Shown here piece after piece: positions 43,834-51,897 of a stretch of 64,000 bases of DNA. Under the pieces are notes generated by a model. It was not told the DNA's origin and searched no databases. It saw nothing but the letters and a program-made list of their open reading frames with translations. Every line of letters begins with the position of its first letter. Positions within the stretch are counted from its first letter, which is position 1. A program made the translations under genes and the position numbers. Source of the stretch: Escherichia phage tuntematon; sequence record NC_052660.1, one strand, 5' to 3'.

Positions 43834-44006
43834 TGAAAATATTACGAGTGAATATTGAAACTGCTTGGTGTGGATGCAATGAGGTTGTGGATATCGAAAT
43901 TGAAGATGATATGTCTCAAGAGGATATAGAAGATCTTGCACACGAAACCTTTCAGGATTATTGTAATTACGGGTTCCATATTTTAGAGGAGGAAGAAGAT
44001 GTATAA
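43833..44006 (+). CDS. candidate 57-aa acidic protein
   Basis: Hand-translated MKILRVNIETAWCGCNEVVDIEIEDDMSQEDIEDLAHETFQDYCNYGFHILEEEEDV; TAATG overlap; not in ORF track. Confidence 0.4.
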   Translation: MKILRVNIETAWCGCNEVVDIEIEDDMSQEDIEDLAHETFQDYCNYGFHILEEEEDV

Positions 44007-44397
44007 TCCAACAGGTATTCTTTTAAAACTTACAGTAACAGACCCTACTCTTTTCACCAAGTTAGCAAGTGGTGAAGTTTATGAAGTAATGAAAGATGAT
44101 GACGGTTGGTGTTATCTTTGTGGCTACTTCCTCTGTGATGCAGAAGAGTTAGAATCCATTGTAACTAAAGGTTTTTATGAAGAACCAGGGTTCCGTGTGG
44201 AAACTACGCAGAAACCTGATACCATTACGTTGACTCGACAGGAACTGATCACAATCATTGAAGATGCTTTTATTGATGGCTGGAATACACAAGATAATGA
44301 CTGGGGTGGACCCGAAGCTTTTCTGGAACATCATAAAGCTTATGGAGAATTTTGTGAAACCACTGTAGCTCTTGATAATCTGAAGGAGGGTTTGTAA
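43999..44397 (+). CDS. hypothetical protein
   Basis: ORF-track ORF. Confidence 0.55.
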   Translation: MYNPTGILLKLTVTDPTLFTKLASGEVYEVMKDDDGWCYLCGYFLCDAEELESIVTKGFYEEPGFRVETTQKPDTITLTRQELITIIEDAFIDGWNTQDNDWGGPEAFLEHHKAYGEFCETTVALDNLKEGL

Positions 44398-44960
44398 TGG
44401 GTTGTTTTAGTTTTTTGTGCAAAGAATCGGGCAAAGCTGCCCTTTCTACTTCTTTCGACGGATCGCCTTGCTACCTCTTTCTTTTGAAGGACGGTGTTGT
44501 TATTGAAGAGATGTATGGCAACTATGATAGTTATGGTTGTGTTTTCTCTGGAAAGGAGGATGAAAATGGTGTTCGTGAACGATTTGAATGGGCTATGGAT
44601 TGGAGTAAGGTTTGTGATTTGATGCATTCCTCAAATCCAAGGGACGGTATCGCTATGGTGCTGGAAGAGTACTTTACAGGTGAAATCCCTACAGAACAAT
44701 CTGACGGAGATCCTAACCAAGGTTGGGGTGATGGTGAAGAAGATCCAGATTGTTTTTTCAGCACAGAAAAGAATAAGTTTAAACGTGTTGACAACCCTTA
44801 TCACAAAGTGCATAATACTCTCATTGAAACAGAAGATGACAAGATGGAAATTGAAGAAGATGATCCTCTTGTAACACTTCCTATAAGTGAGTTACAAAAG
44901 ATCACTAAGGAAGCTTACGATTTGGGCTTCAAAATTGGTAGAGGAGGTATGCGTGTTTAG
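44397..44960 (+). CDS. hypothetical protein
   Basis: ORF-track ORF. Confidence 0.55.
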   Translation: MGCFSFLCKESGKAALSTSFDGSPCYLFLLKDGVVIEEMYGNYDSYGCVFSGKEDENGVRERFEWAMDWSKVCDLMHSSNPRDGIAMVLEEYFTGEIPTEQSDGDPNQGWGDGEEDPDCFFSTEKNKFKRVDNPYHKVHNTLIETEDDKMEIEEDDPLVTLPISELQKITKEAYDLGFKIGRGGMRV

Positions 44961-45231
44961 ATTCAATATTCAAGAAGAAAAAAGTCAGGATTTACCTATT
45001 GCTTTCGAAGATCTTGACGTAGGGGCCACATTCATGTATTATGATGCCTATGAAGACGCAGGGTTGGATACCTACCGTAACTTGGTGTTCATTAAAAATT
45101 CCACAAACAGTGCGATCTGTATTAATGGATCACTAGCACAACGAGGCTATACTCATTGCATCCCACCAGATACAAATATGGTGGAAGTAGATTTAGAAGT
45201 TACCAATATTACACTTAAGAAGGAGAAATAA
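44953..45231 (+). CDS. hypothetical protein (paralog of 46253..46522)
   Basis: Start moved to GTG 44953 behind GGAGGT; FRFNIQEEK...DLDVGATF aligns with LNFEIDEQK...DLDVGDTF. Confidence 0.45.
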   Translation: MFRFNIQEEKSQDLPIAFEDLDVGATFMYYDAYEDAGLDTYRNLVFIKNSTNSAICINGSLAQRGYTHCIPPDTNMVEVDLEVTNITLKKEK

Positions 45232-45232
45232 T

Positions 45233-46027
45233 ATGTCCGAGAAAATCAGCCTGAAAAAACGTCAAGAAAACCTTGCTTTCTCTCTGAAAAAGAATAAGAA
45301 CCTGAATGAAGGTAAGATTGTTCTTCGTGTAGCATGTGCTCTAGATATTTCTGGTAGTATGCATGGTCTATATTCTAGTGGGGTAGTGAGTGATTTTGTA
45401 GGTAAACTGCTTCCTTTTGGTATGCTGTTCGACGATAATCAACAAATTGATATGTGGGCCTTCAATACGAGTTCCCAAGAGCTTACTCCAGCAACAGCAG
45501 ATGTTTACGATGACTATGTTGGTAAATGTATGCGTAATGTTCGTATCGGAGGTGGAACAAATTACGCCCCTGTAATGGCAGATATCTACGATGAGTATTT
45601 TGGCACTGTTACCAAATATATTACCACTAAACAAGTGGTACAAGAGGAGGCTCCAAAGAAAGGCTTCTTTAATCGTCTGCTTGGTAAAACTGAAACAGTA
45701 TCTGTAGAGCGTGAAAAGGTTGTAGCTGTATCTGAACCAGGTGCTGACGTTACCCCTGGTGTTGTATTCTTCCAGACAGACGGTGAGAATGGTGATCCTA
45801 GTGCTGTTCGTCGTCTTATTGAAGAGAATAAGAATAAACCTATTTATTGGTTCATGGTTGGCGTTGGTAATGAGAAGTTTGGCTTCCTGAAAGAACTGGC
45901 AAATGCTTATGATAATGTTGGTTTTATTGGCATTAAAGATTTAGACTTGACAGATTCAGAGCTTTATGACAAACTCTTATCTGAAGAGTTCGGAGAGTGG
46001 GTTGTTAAAGTAGGTGCTAAAAAATGA
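45233..46027 (+). CDS. von Willebrand factor A domain protein (TerY-like)
   Basis: MIDAS motif DISGSM near N-terminus of a Rossmann-like region. Confidence 0.6.
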   Translation: MSEKISLKKRQENLAFSLKKNKNLNEGKIVLRVACALDISGSMHGLYSSGVVSDFVGKLLPFGMLFDDNQQIDMWAFNTSSQELTPATADVYDDYVGKCMRNVRIGGGTNYAPVMADIYDEYFGTVTKYITTKQVVQEEAPKKGFFNRLLGKTETVSVEREKVVAVSEPGADVTPGVVFFQTDGENGDPSAVRRLIEENKNKPIYWFMVGVGNEKFGFLKELANAYDNVGFIGIKDLDLTDSELYDKLLSEEFGEWVVKVGAKK

Positions 46028-46272
46028 TCGACGAGCTTGCCTCTCAAGTCATAGAAAATTATTGGCGCGAGAGAGAAGCTTTCATTATGCGCAGTCTCAA
46101 AGAGTATTTCATTGGGACTGTGCGAATGGAAGATATTGTAAGTAGAGTAGAGATTCATGTATGGCCCGATTATGAAGAATGGGTTGACAAAGAAAATGAA
46201 AATGCTATAATTCTTCGTATATACAAACCGGAGATAACATTAGGAGGAAGAAGTGTTAAACTTCGAAATTGA
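46024..46272 (+). CDS. hypothetical protein
   Basis: ORF-track ORF, ATGA overlap. Confidence 0.5.
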   Translation: MIDELASQVIENYWREREAFIMRSLKEYFIGTVRMEDIVSRVEIHVWPDYEEWVDKENENAIILRIYKPEITLGGRSVKLRN

Positions 46273-46522
46273 TGAGCAAAAAGTAAATAAACGATGCCTT
46301 ACCATTAAAGATTTGGATGTAGGAGATACTTTCGTCTATGAAAATGCATTTGACGAAAATGGTTTAGACCTTAGTGAAATCATTGTTTATTTAAAAGTAG
46401 ATGATGGGGAAAATGATTATTCTGCTGTAGAACTAAACCATCATGCACAATTAGTATCAATCCAAAACACATCTAAGCTTTTGGAAGTAGAATTGACTGT
46501 AACTGGTATTACACTTAAATAA
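46253..46522 (+). CDS. hypothetical protein (paralog of 44953..45231)
   Basis: GTG start; shared DLDVG.TF and LEV.LTVT.ITLK blocks. Confidence 0.5.
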   Translation: MLNFEIDEQKVNKRCLTIKDLDVGDTFVYENAFDENGLDLSEIIVYLKVDDGENDYSAVELNHHAQLVSIQNTSKLLEVELTVTGITLK

Positions 46523-46537
46523 TAGAGGAGACAAAAG

Positions 46538-47140
46538 ATGACTGATAAAATTTCCCTGAAAAAAGGCTCTAGCGAAAAAATTTCCCTGAAGAAGGTTGCT
46601 CCGGCTCTGAAAGAACTGCGCCTGGAATTCTCTTGGAAGTCTGATTCTAAACTGGATCTGGATGTAAGTGCACTGGTTTGTCGTCACAATGCCGCTGGCA
46701 ATCCTGAAATGCTGTCTGCACGTCATCTTGTTTGCTATGCTAACAAGTTTGATCCTGAACGTTCTACCTTCGCTGGTGACGATGTTCGTGATGGCACTGG
46801 CAGCATGGAGCAGATTGATATTACTCTGGCTAAAATCTCTCCTGATGCACAAGAGATTGCCTTTGTTCTGACCATTGATGATGATACAGGTCTGAAACGT
46901 TTTGGTCATGCTTCTGAAGGTATGCTTAAAATCTTCGACTCCGAGCGCAATGTGGAAATTCTGGATTTTGACTTCCTGGCTCCTGAAGTAGCTGGTAACA
47001 CAATCTGCCACGTGGCTTCCTTGGTTCGTGAAGATGGAGAATGGAAGCTGAAAGCATATGGTGTAGGTAAAGCTGGTCTGGATATTTGTGATGTGGTGAT
47101 GGCCTTCGGTGGTAAAAAAGAATGGTATGAATGTCCGTAA
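46538..47140 (+). CDS. TerD-domain protein
   Basis: 200 aa; LDLDVSALV and GDDVRDGTGSMEQIDITL match the TerD signature (GDNxTGEGDGDDEQI). Confidence 0.7.
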   Translation: MTDKISLKKGSSEKISLKKVAPALKELRLEFSWKSDSKLDLDVSALVCRHNAAGNPEMLSARHLVCYANKFDPERSTFAGDDVRDGTGSMEQIDITLAKISPDAQEIAFVLTIDDDTGLKRFGHASEGMLKIFDSERNVEILDFDFLAPEVAGNTICHVASLVREDGEWKLKAYGVGKAGLDICDVVMAFGGKKEWYECP

Positions 47141-47158
47141 TAATTAACAAATGATTTT

Positions 47159-47180
47159 GAGGGGGAGAAATCCCCCTCTT
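47159..47180 (+). terminator. terminator-like hairpin
   Basis: gaggggga-gaaa-tccccctc then TT. Confidence 0.5.
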
Positions 47181-47207
47181 GCAATAAAGCCTCTATCGTG
47201 TTATACT
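47179..47207 (+). promoter_or_regulatory. sigma70-like promoter
   Basis: TTGCAA 47179-47184, 17-nt spacer, TATACT 47202-47207. Confidence 0.55.
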
Positions 47208-47239
47208 AGAAATTCGTTAACTTAAAAAGGAGGCAAAAT

Positions 47240-47761
47240 TTGCTGATAAAAAACTTTGTAACAGTTGCGTTACTATCCTTAACTGCTTTTACATTTACAC
47301 CTGTTGTGGCGAAAGCCGAAGCTGCAAACGTAAAAACCGCTAAAGTAGTTCACAAATGTACAAAGCAATATAATGATAAAATTCTATTAGCTTGTGCAAT
47401 TTACGCAGAAGGTCGCGGTCTGGGTAAAAAAGGAATGAATGCCGTTGGGAATGTGGTAATCAACAGAAGAAATGATACCTACTTCCCTAACACAGTCAGA
47501 GGAGTCTTGTTCCAGAAAGGGCAATTCTCATATGCGAAAACTTTTAACGTAACAGAGAAAGATAAGTGGCAGGAAGCAAAAGCAATAGCGGAGCGTTTAC
47601 TTTATTTAGAGAAACATTTTCCTGAATTGCGGTCTGTTTTAGATGTTACTAAAGGTGCTCTATACTTCAAGAAACGGAATATAAGAACACACTGGGAACG
47701 TGATATGCGTCTTGTTTATCGAGATAAAGTGCATGGTTTCTATCTACCAAAGGGGAGTTAA
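47240..47761 (+). CDS. SleB/CwlJ-type cell wall hydrolase with signal peptide
   Basis: Signal-peptide-like N-terminus; LLACAIYAEGRG, MNAVGNVVINRR and GQFSYAKTF match hydrolase_2 family blocks; TTG start. Confidence 0.7.
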   Translation: MLIKNFVTVALLSLTAFTFTPVVAKAEAANVKTAKVVHKCTKQYNDKILLACAIYAEGRGLGKKGMNAVGNVVINRRNDTYFPNTVRGVLFQKGQFSYAKTFNVTEKDKWQEAKAIAERLLYLEKHFPELRSVLDVTKGALYFKKRNIRTHWERDMRLVYRDKVHGFYLPKGS

Positions 47762-47762
47762 A

Positions 47763-48047
47763 ATGCAAGAAGATAATACTGTTGTTGTAGCAAGTTACCT
47801 GGTTGTCGGTCTTACTGAAGAGGATGTATACTACACCCGTAAGCATTTAGAAGCATACGCTACTTTGTTTATGGAAGATGAAAAGGATGTAGATAAATAT
47901 AGCATTGACATGATCAACGACAGTATTTATCCTTGTATGGTTCTTAAAGTAGATGCTGTGTTGTGGGAGCGTTTTGCAAGGACTCATGATGCTGTAGAAT
48001 GCTCCGCAGTAATGTCTCAAAACAACATTTTAGGGGAGATTCACTGA
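47763..48047 (+). CDS. hypothetical protein (94 aa)
   Basis: Start moved to ATG 47763 (MQEDNTVVV) behind RBS GGGGAG. Confidence 0.5.
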   Translation: MQEDNTVVVASYLVVGLTEEDVYYTRKHLEAYATLFMEDEKDVDKYSIDMINDSIYPCMVLKVDAVLWERFARTHDAVECSAVMSQNNILGEIH

Positions 48048-48277
48048 TGGGAGAAGTCATTGAAGTCAATTTTCGCACTAAACAGAAAGTGCAAAAATAT
48101 GTCGTTATTAAAAACATTTGCGTTGTCTGCTTCAATACAGTAATATACGACTCACGACGCGGAGAAAACGAAAATGAACCTTACATTGAAATTTCTAAGA
48201 ACAAAGGTCAATGTATTTGTAAGAACTGTGCAGTAGCTATTAAGGAGGTTGTAAATGAAAACGCTTGGGACCAATGA
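48047..48277 (+). CDS. Cys-rich zinc-ribbon protein (76 aa)
   Basis: Start moved to ATG 48047; CVVC...CKNC pairs. Confidence 0.45.
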   Translation: MGEVIEVNFRTKQKVQKYVVIKNICVVCFNTVIYDSRRGENENEPYIEISKNKGQCICKNCAVAIKEVVNENAWDQ

Positions 48278-48446
48278 AACTGGCGAGATCTCTCTTCAAG
48301 AAGTGACAAACGACAAACTGATTAAACTACGGGACGTAGCCCGTGACCATCTCCAAGAATCTTTTAAAGAATATATGGAAGCACGAGATCGTGTGATCCA
48401 AATCCAACAAGAAATGATTAAACGTGGGATTGTAGCCGACAGTTAA
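48255..48446 (+). CDS. hypothetical protein
   Basis: ORF-track ORF; RBS AAGGAGG. Confidence 0.5.
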   Translation: MKTLGTNETGEISLQEVTNDKLIKLRDVARDHLQESFKEYMEARDRVIQIQQEMIKRGIVADS

Positions 48447-48462
48447 TATAACGGAGGGGAGA

Positions 48463-49026
48463 ATGATTTATTATATTACTCCCTATCTGACAGGAAATAT
48501 CGGCAAGGCTATCAATGAAGCCATTGCCGTTCTTCCAGATGATAGTTGGGTGTGTTTAAGAGATACCGATACAATGTTCCTCCTACCTGATCAACCATCT
48601 ATGCTTGAAGAGCTTGTTATGTCAAACCCGCCTTTTGATGTAATAGGTGCAACTTGTAACAGGTTAGGCAGTGGTTATCAGCTTTTCTCTAACCAAATTA
48701 ACGATGATCCAGATATTCTAAACCATATAGAATATGCTAAGATTGCAAGAGAATATCATAAAGTAAATGTTGAAGAAGTTCCTTTCGGAACACCTCTGGC
48801 AGGTTTCTTTTTGCTTTTTAGAAAATCATTGTGGAATGAAATTCCTTTTGAAGAAAAATCTATCCAATTCGACTTAATTTTCTCTCGCACTTTACATGAA
48901 AAAGGAAAGAGGTTAGGATTGATGCGGGGAATGTATCTGTTTCACATTTACAGATTAGGTCAAACAAATCCTCAACGGTCTATACATCATTTATTACACT
49001 GTCATGATCACAGTAAAACTATTTAG
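48463..49026 (+). CDS. putative glycosyltransferase-like protein
   Basis: DxD-type acidic motif CLRDTDTMF; weak call. Confidence 0.4.
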   Translation: MIYYITPYLTGNIGKAINEAIAVLPDDSWVCLRDTDTMFLLPDQPSMLEELVMSNPPFDVIGATCNRLGSGYQLFSNQINDDPDILNHIEYAKIAREYHKVNVEEVPFGTPLAGFFLLFRKSLWNEIPFEEKSIQFDLIFSRTLHEKGKRLGLMRGMYLFHIYRLGQTNPQRSIHHLLHCHDHSKTI

Positions 49027-49034
49027 GAGAGAAA

Positions 49035-49718
49035 ATGGAAAATATTAAAATCGGAGTGGGTGTTATCACTGTAGGTGTCCGTCCACTTAAAGACTACCTT
49101 GTAACAGATCCACGTGCAGATTTTCGAGTATTCAACGATCCAGATCGTAAAGGTGTAGCTTATGCCAGGAATGAACTTATGCACCAGTTTTATGAAGAAG
49201 GTTATGATTATTGGTTTATTTTTGACGACGATTGCTACCCAGTCATGGAGGGATGGGAAACATATTTTGTAGATCAAGCTGTCTCTGGAGGATGGGATTT
49301 CTTTGGTATGCCGGAGTACTTCAAAGATAAAGTTGTTGGAAGCAAAGGAGAAGTTATTCTCTGGGAACTTGCAATGTGTCAATTTGCAATGTATTCTCGT
49401 GCTGTTGTTGAGAAGATGGGTTATTTCCGTCCTTACACTCACGGTTATGGTTTTGAAGATGCTGAATGGGGACACCGTTTGCAAGCTGCTGGTTTGAATC
49501 ATGGTATTCAGGCAACACCTTGTCCACTTCGTATCATGGCTTATATCCACCCAGACGATGTTTTTGGAAACAATCCTATGCCTTTTGCTAACCTGACAAA
49601 AGAAGAGAAAGAGGCTGCTATTGGGATTAACTGGGAAGAATATAAAGCATCTTTAGAGGATATTAAAAATGGGAAAATCCGAATTTCCTATGAGGAGGCA
49701 CTAGCACATGTCAAATAA
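49035..49718 (+). CDS. glycosyltransferase, GT-A fold (family 2-like)
   Basis: FIFDDDCYP and YGFEDAEWGHR resemble GT2 signature blocks. Confidence 0.6.
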   Translation: MENIKIGVGVITVGVRPLKDYLVTDPRADFRVFNDPDRKGVAYARNELMHQFYEEGYDYWFIFDDDCYPVMEGWETYFVDQAVSGGWDFFGMPEYFKDKVVGSKGEVILWELAMCQFAMYSRAVVEKMGYFRPYTHGYGFEDAEWGHRLQAAGLNHGIQATPCPLRIMAYIHPDDVFGNNPMPFANLTKEEKEAAIGINWEEYKASLEDIKNGKIRISYEEALAHVK

Positions 49719-50655
49719 AAAATGGTCTAAACTAAAAATTGATGCAAAACCTCACAGCGGTTGTGACTATCATCGTATTGTTATACCATTTAACAACAAT
49801 AATATTCAACCTAAGAAAGATGTTGTTGTGTTTAACCGTATCCACTCTAAAGGTGCAGAATACGTTTTATCTTTGAAACGTCAAGGTGTTAAGGTTGTTG
49901 TAGACTTAGATGATTTTTACCAACTTAATCCAGAACATTATTTAGCAAGCCTATACGAGTCAAACACTCATGCTATTGTAGCTATGGTTAAGCTTGCTGA
50001 TGTGGTTATTGTGACTACGGAATATTTGGCATATAAGATCCGTCACTTAAATAGGAATGTTGTTGTGATCCGAAATGCACTTCCTTTTGATAGCGGACAA
50101 TTCACTTTGTCAAATGATCGTTCATCCGGTACCCCTGTTGTATGGGCTGGCGGTGCTAGTCACGAACCAGACTTACGACTAGTCTCTAATACTTTCGATG
50201 ATGAACTTCTTACTATTGCGGGATATGAAGCATCACAAAGCATCACGGGACAAGAGTGGATTAAGATTCGCAGAAATTTACCAAATGCCAAATATAAAGC
50301 CGCTGTAAAAGATTTAGATAATTACATGAGTGTTTACGAAAGTCATGCTATTGCTATAGCTCCTTTGGTAGATAATGATTTTAATAATTGTAAAAGTAAT
50401 CTCAAAATCCTGGAAGCTGGAGCAAAAGGTATTCCAATTGTTTGTTCTAAGGTATTACCTTATTTTAACCCTGTAGATGCTCGCGCTGTTGCTTACGCAG
50501 AGAATAAAGCAGAATGGCATTACGAAATTGTTAAGCTTCTTCGCAATCCAAACTATCGGGAAGATCGTGGCTTGTTCTTGGCTGAACATGTTCGAACACA
50601 TTATAATCTGGCAGATGCAAACGAGTTGCGACGCCAGGTTATTGAAAGTTTGTAG
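49708..50655 (+). CDS. glycosyltransferase, GT-B fold, paralog 1
   Basis: C-terminal SNLKILEAGAKGIPIVCS resembles GT-B nucleotide-sugar site; paralog of 50663..51607. Confidence 0.5.
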   Translation: MSNKKWSKLKIDAKPHSGCDYHRIVIPFNNNNIQPKKDVVVFNRIHSKGAEYVLSLKRQGVKVVVDLDDFYQLNPEHYLASLYESNTHAIVAMVKLADVVIVTTEYLAYKIRHLNRNVVVIRNALPFDSGQFTLSNDRSSGTPVVWAGGASHEPDLRLVSNTFDDELLTIAGYEASQSITGQEWIKIRRNLPNAKYKAAVKDLDNYMSVYESHAIAIAPLVDNDFNNCKSNLKILEAGAKGIPIVCSKVLPYFNPVDARAVAYAENKAEWHYEIVKLLRNPNYREDRGLFLAEHVRTHYNLADANELRRQVIESL

Positions 50656-50662
50656 GTGAAGT

Positions 50663-51607
50663 ATGGGACAAATAATTCTTGACAATCGTAACGGAATCAA
50701 TTATAGTGTCTGCGATTTCCATAGGGTAGTGCTGCCTTACTCAAGGCAGTTCTCTTCACAACCTAAACACAACGTTTTCGTTTTTAACGGAGTGCCAACA
50801 AAAGGTAAAGAGGGCTTTTTAGCCCTTAAAAACCTAGGCTTTAAAATGGTTATGGATTTGGATGACTCTTTAGTTATTCCAAAAGGACACATGTTAGAAG
50901 GTATTTTTGAATCAGGTATTCGTGAACATTTAAAATGGTTTTTAGAGCACAGCGATCTTGTTACAACTACGACACCTGCTTTGCAAGTTGAACTTTCACA
51001 ATACAATGATAATGTGCACATAATCCCTAATGGTCTTCCTTACGATGAAGGTCAATTTGTGTTGACCCGTGATCGCTACTCCAAAACTCCATTAGTCTGG
51101 GCTGGAAGTGAAACACATAAACAAGATTTGGCTATCTTGCCCGATTTTGGTAAAAATCTTACAATATGTGGTTTTCGTAGGGATTCTGAAGTTTTAAGTA
51201 GTCGTGAATGGTCTGTGATCAGAGAAAATGTAGCACCAACTTGTGTTTATGAAGGTGTAAGACCATATGCCAACTACATGGAATCTTACGATGGTCATCA
51301 AATCAGTCTTGCGCCATTGCTTGATAACGTGTTTAATAATGCAAAAAGCAATCTTAAAATTCTTGAGGCAGGTGCTAAGGGTTTACCTTTGATCTGTTCT
51401 CCTCGTGAGAATTATCATACACAAGAGTTTAAAGATTTGTTATTCTTTGCTGAAACACCTTCCGAGTGGAAAGATATTACGGAATACTTATTAAGTGCTC
51501 CCGATGTTTGCATGGAGAAAGGATTAGCATTAGCTAAGTATGTCAGGACTCATTATCACATTGATGTGTTGAATGAGCGTCGTAGACTTTTATTTGAGGA
51601 GCTATAA
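50663..51607 (+). CDS. glycosyltransferase, GT-B fold, paralog 2
   Basis: SNLKILEAGAKGLPLICS; collinear similarity to 49708..50655. Confidence 0.5.
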   Translation: MGQIILDNRNGINYSVCDFHRVVLPYSRQFSSQPKHNVFVFNGVPTKGKEGFLALKNLGFKMVMDLDDSLVIPKGHMLEGIFESGIREHLKWFLEHSDLVTTTTPALQVELSQYNDNVHIIPNGLPYDEGQFVLTRDRYSKTPLVWAGSETHKQDLAILPDFGKNLTICGFRRDSEVLSSREWSVIRENVAPTCVYEGVRPYANYMESYDGHQISLAPLLDNVFNNAKSNLKILEAGAKGLPLICSPRENYHTQEFKDLLFFAETPSEWKDITEYLLSAPDVCMEKGLALAKYVRTHYHIDVLNERRRLLFEEL

Positions 51608-51885
51608 TGATTAACACTTTTGATTTTGAATACACCACTCGTAACGGGAAAGCCTTAGTCGTGGAGGTGGATTACTATTATGAAGAGCCTAACCCGCTTT
51701 CTCGTGAAAGTGATTGGGATTACCACGGAGGGCTTTTAATCGACGGTATTCGTTTTTATGAAGGCTCTACAGAAGTTTTTGAAAAAGATTTAAATGTAAC
51801 TGTAGCAGAAATTGCTTTCCAATTTAGAAAGCACATGGAAGAACTAGAAGCAGAATATATGATGGAGACTAACGAACCATTTTAA
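51607..51885 (+). CDS. hypothetical protein
   Basis: ORF-track ORF, ATGA overlap. Confidence 0.5.
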   Translation: MINTFDFEYTTRNGKALVVEVDYYYEEPNPLSRESDWDYHGGLLIDGIRFYEGSTEVFEKDLNVTVAEIAFQFRKHMEELEAEYMMETNEPF

Positions 51886-51897
51886 CAGGAGAACAAA

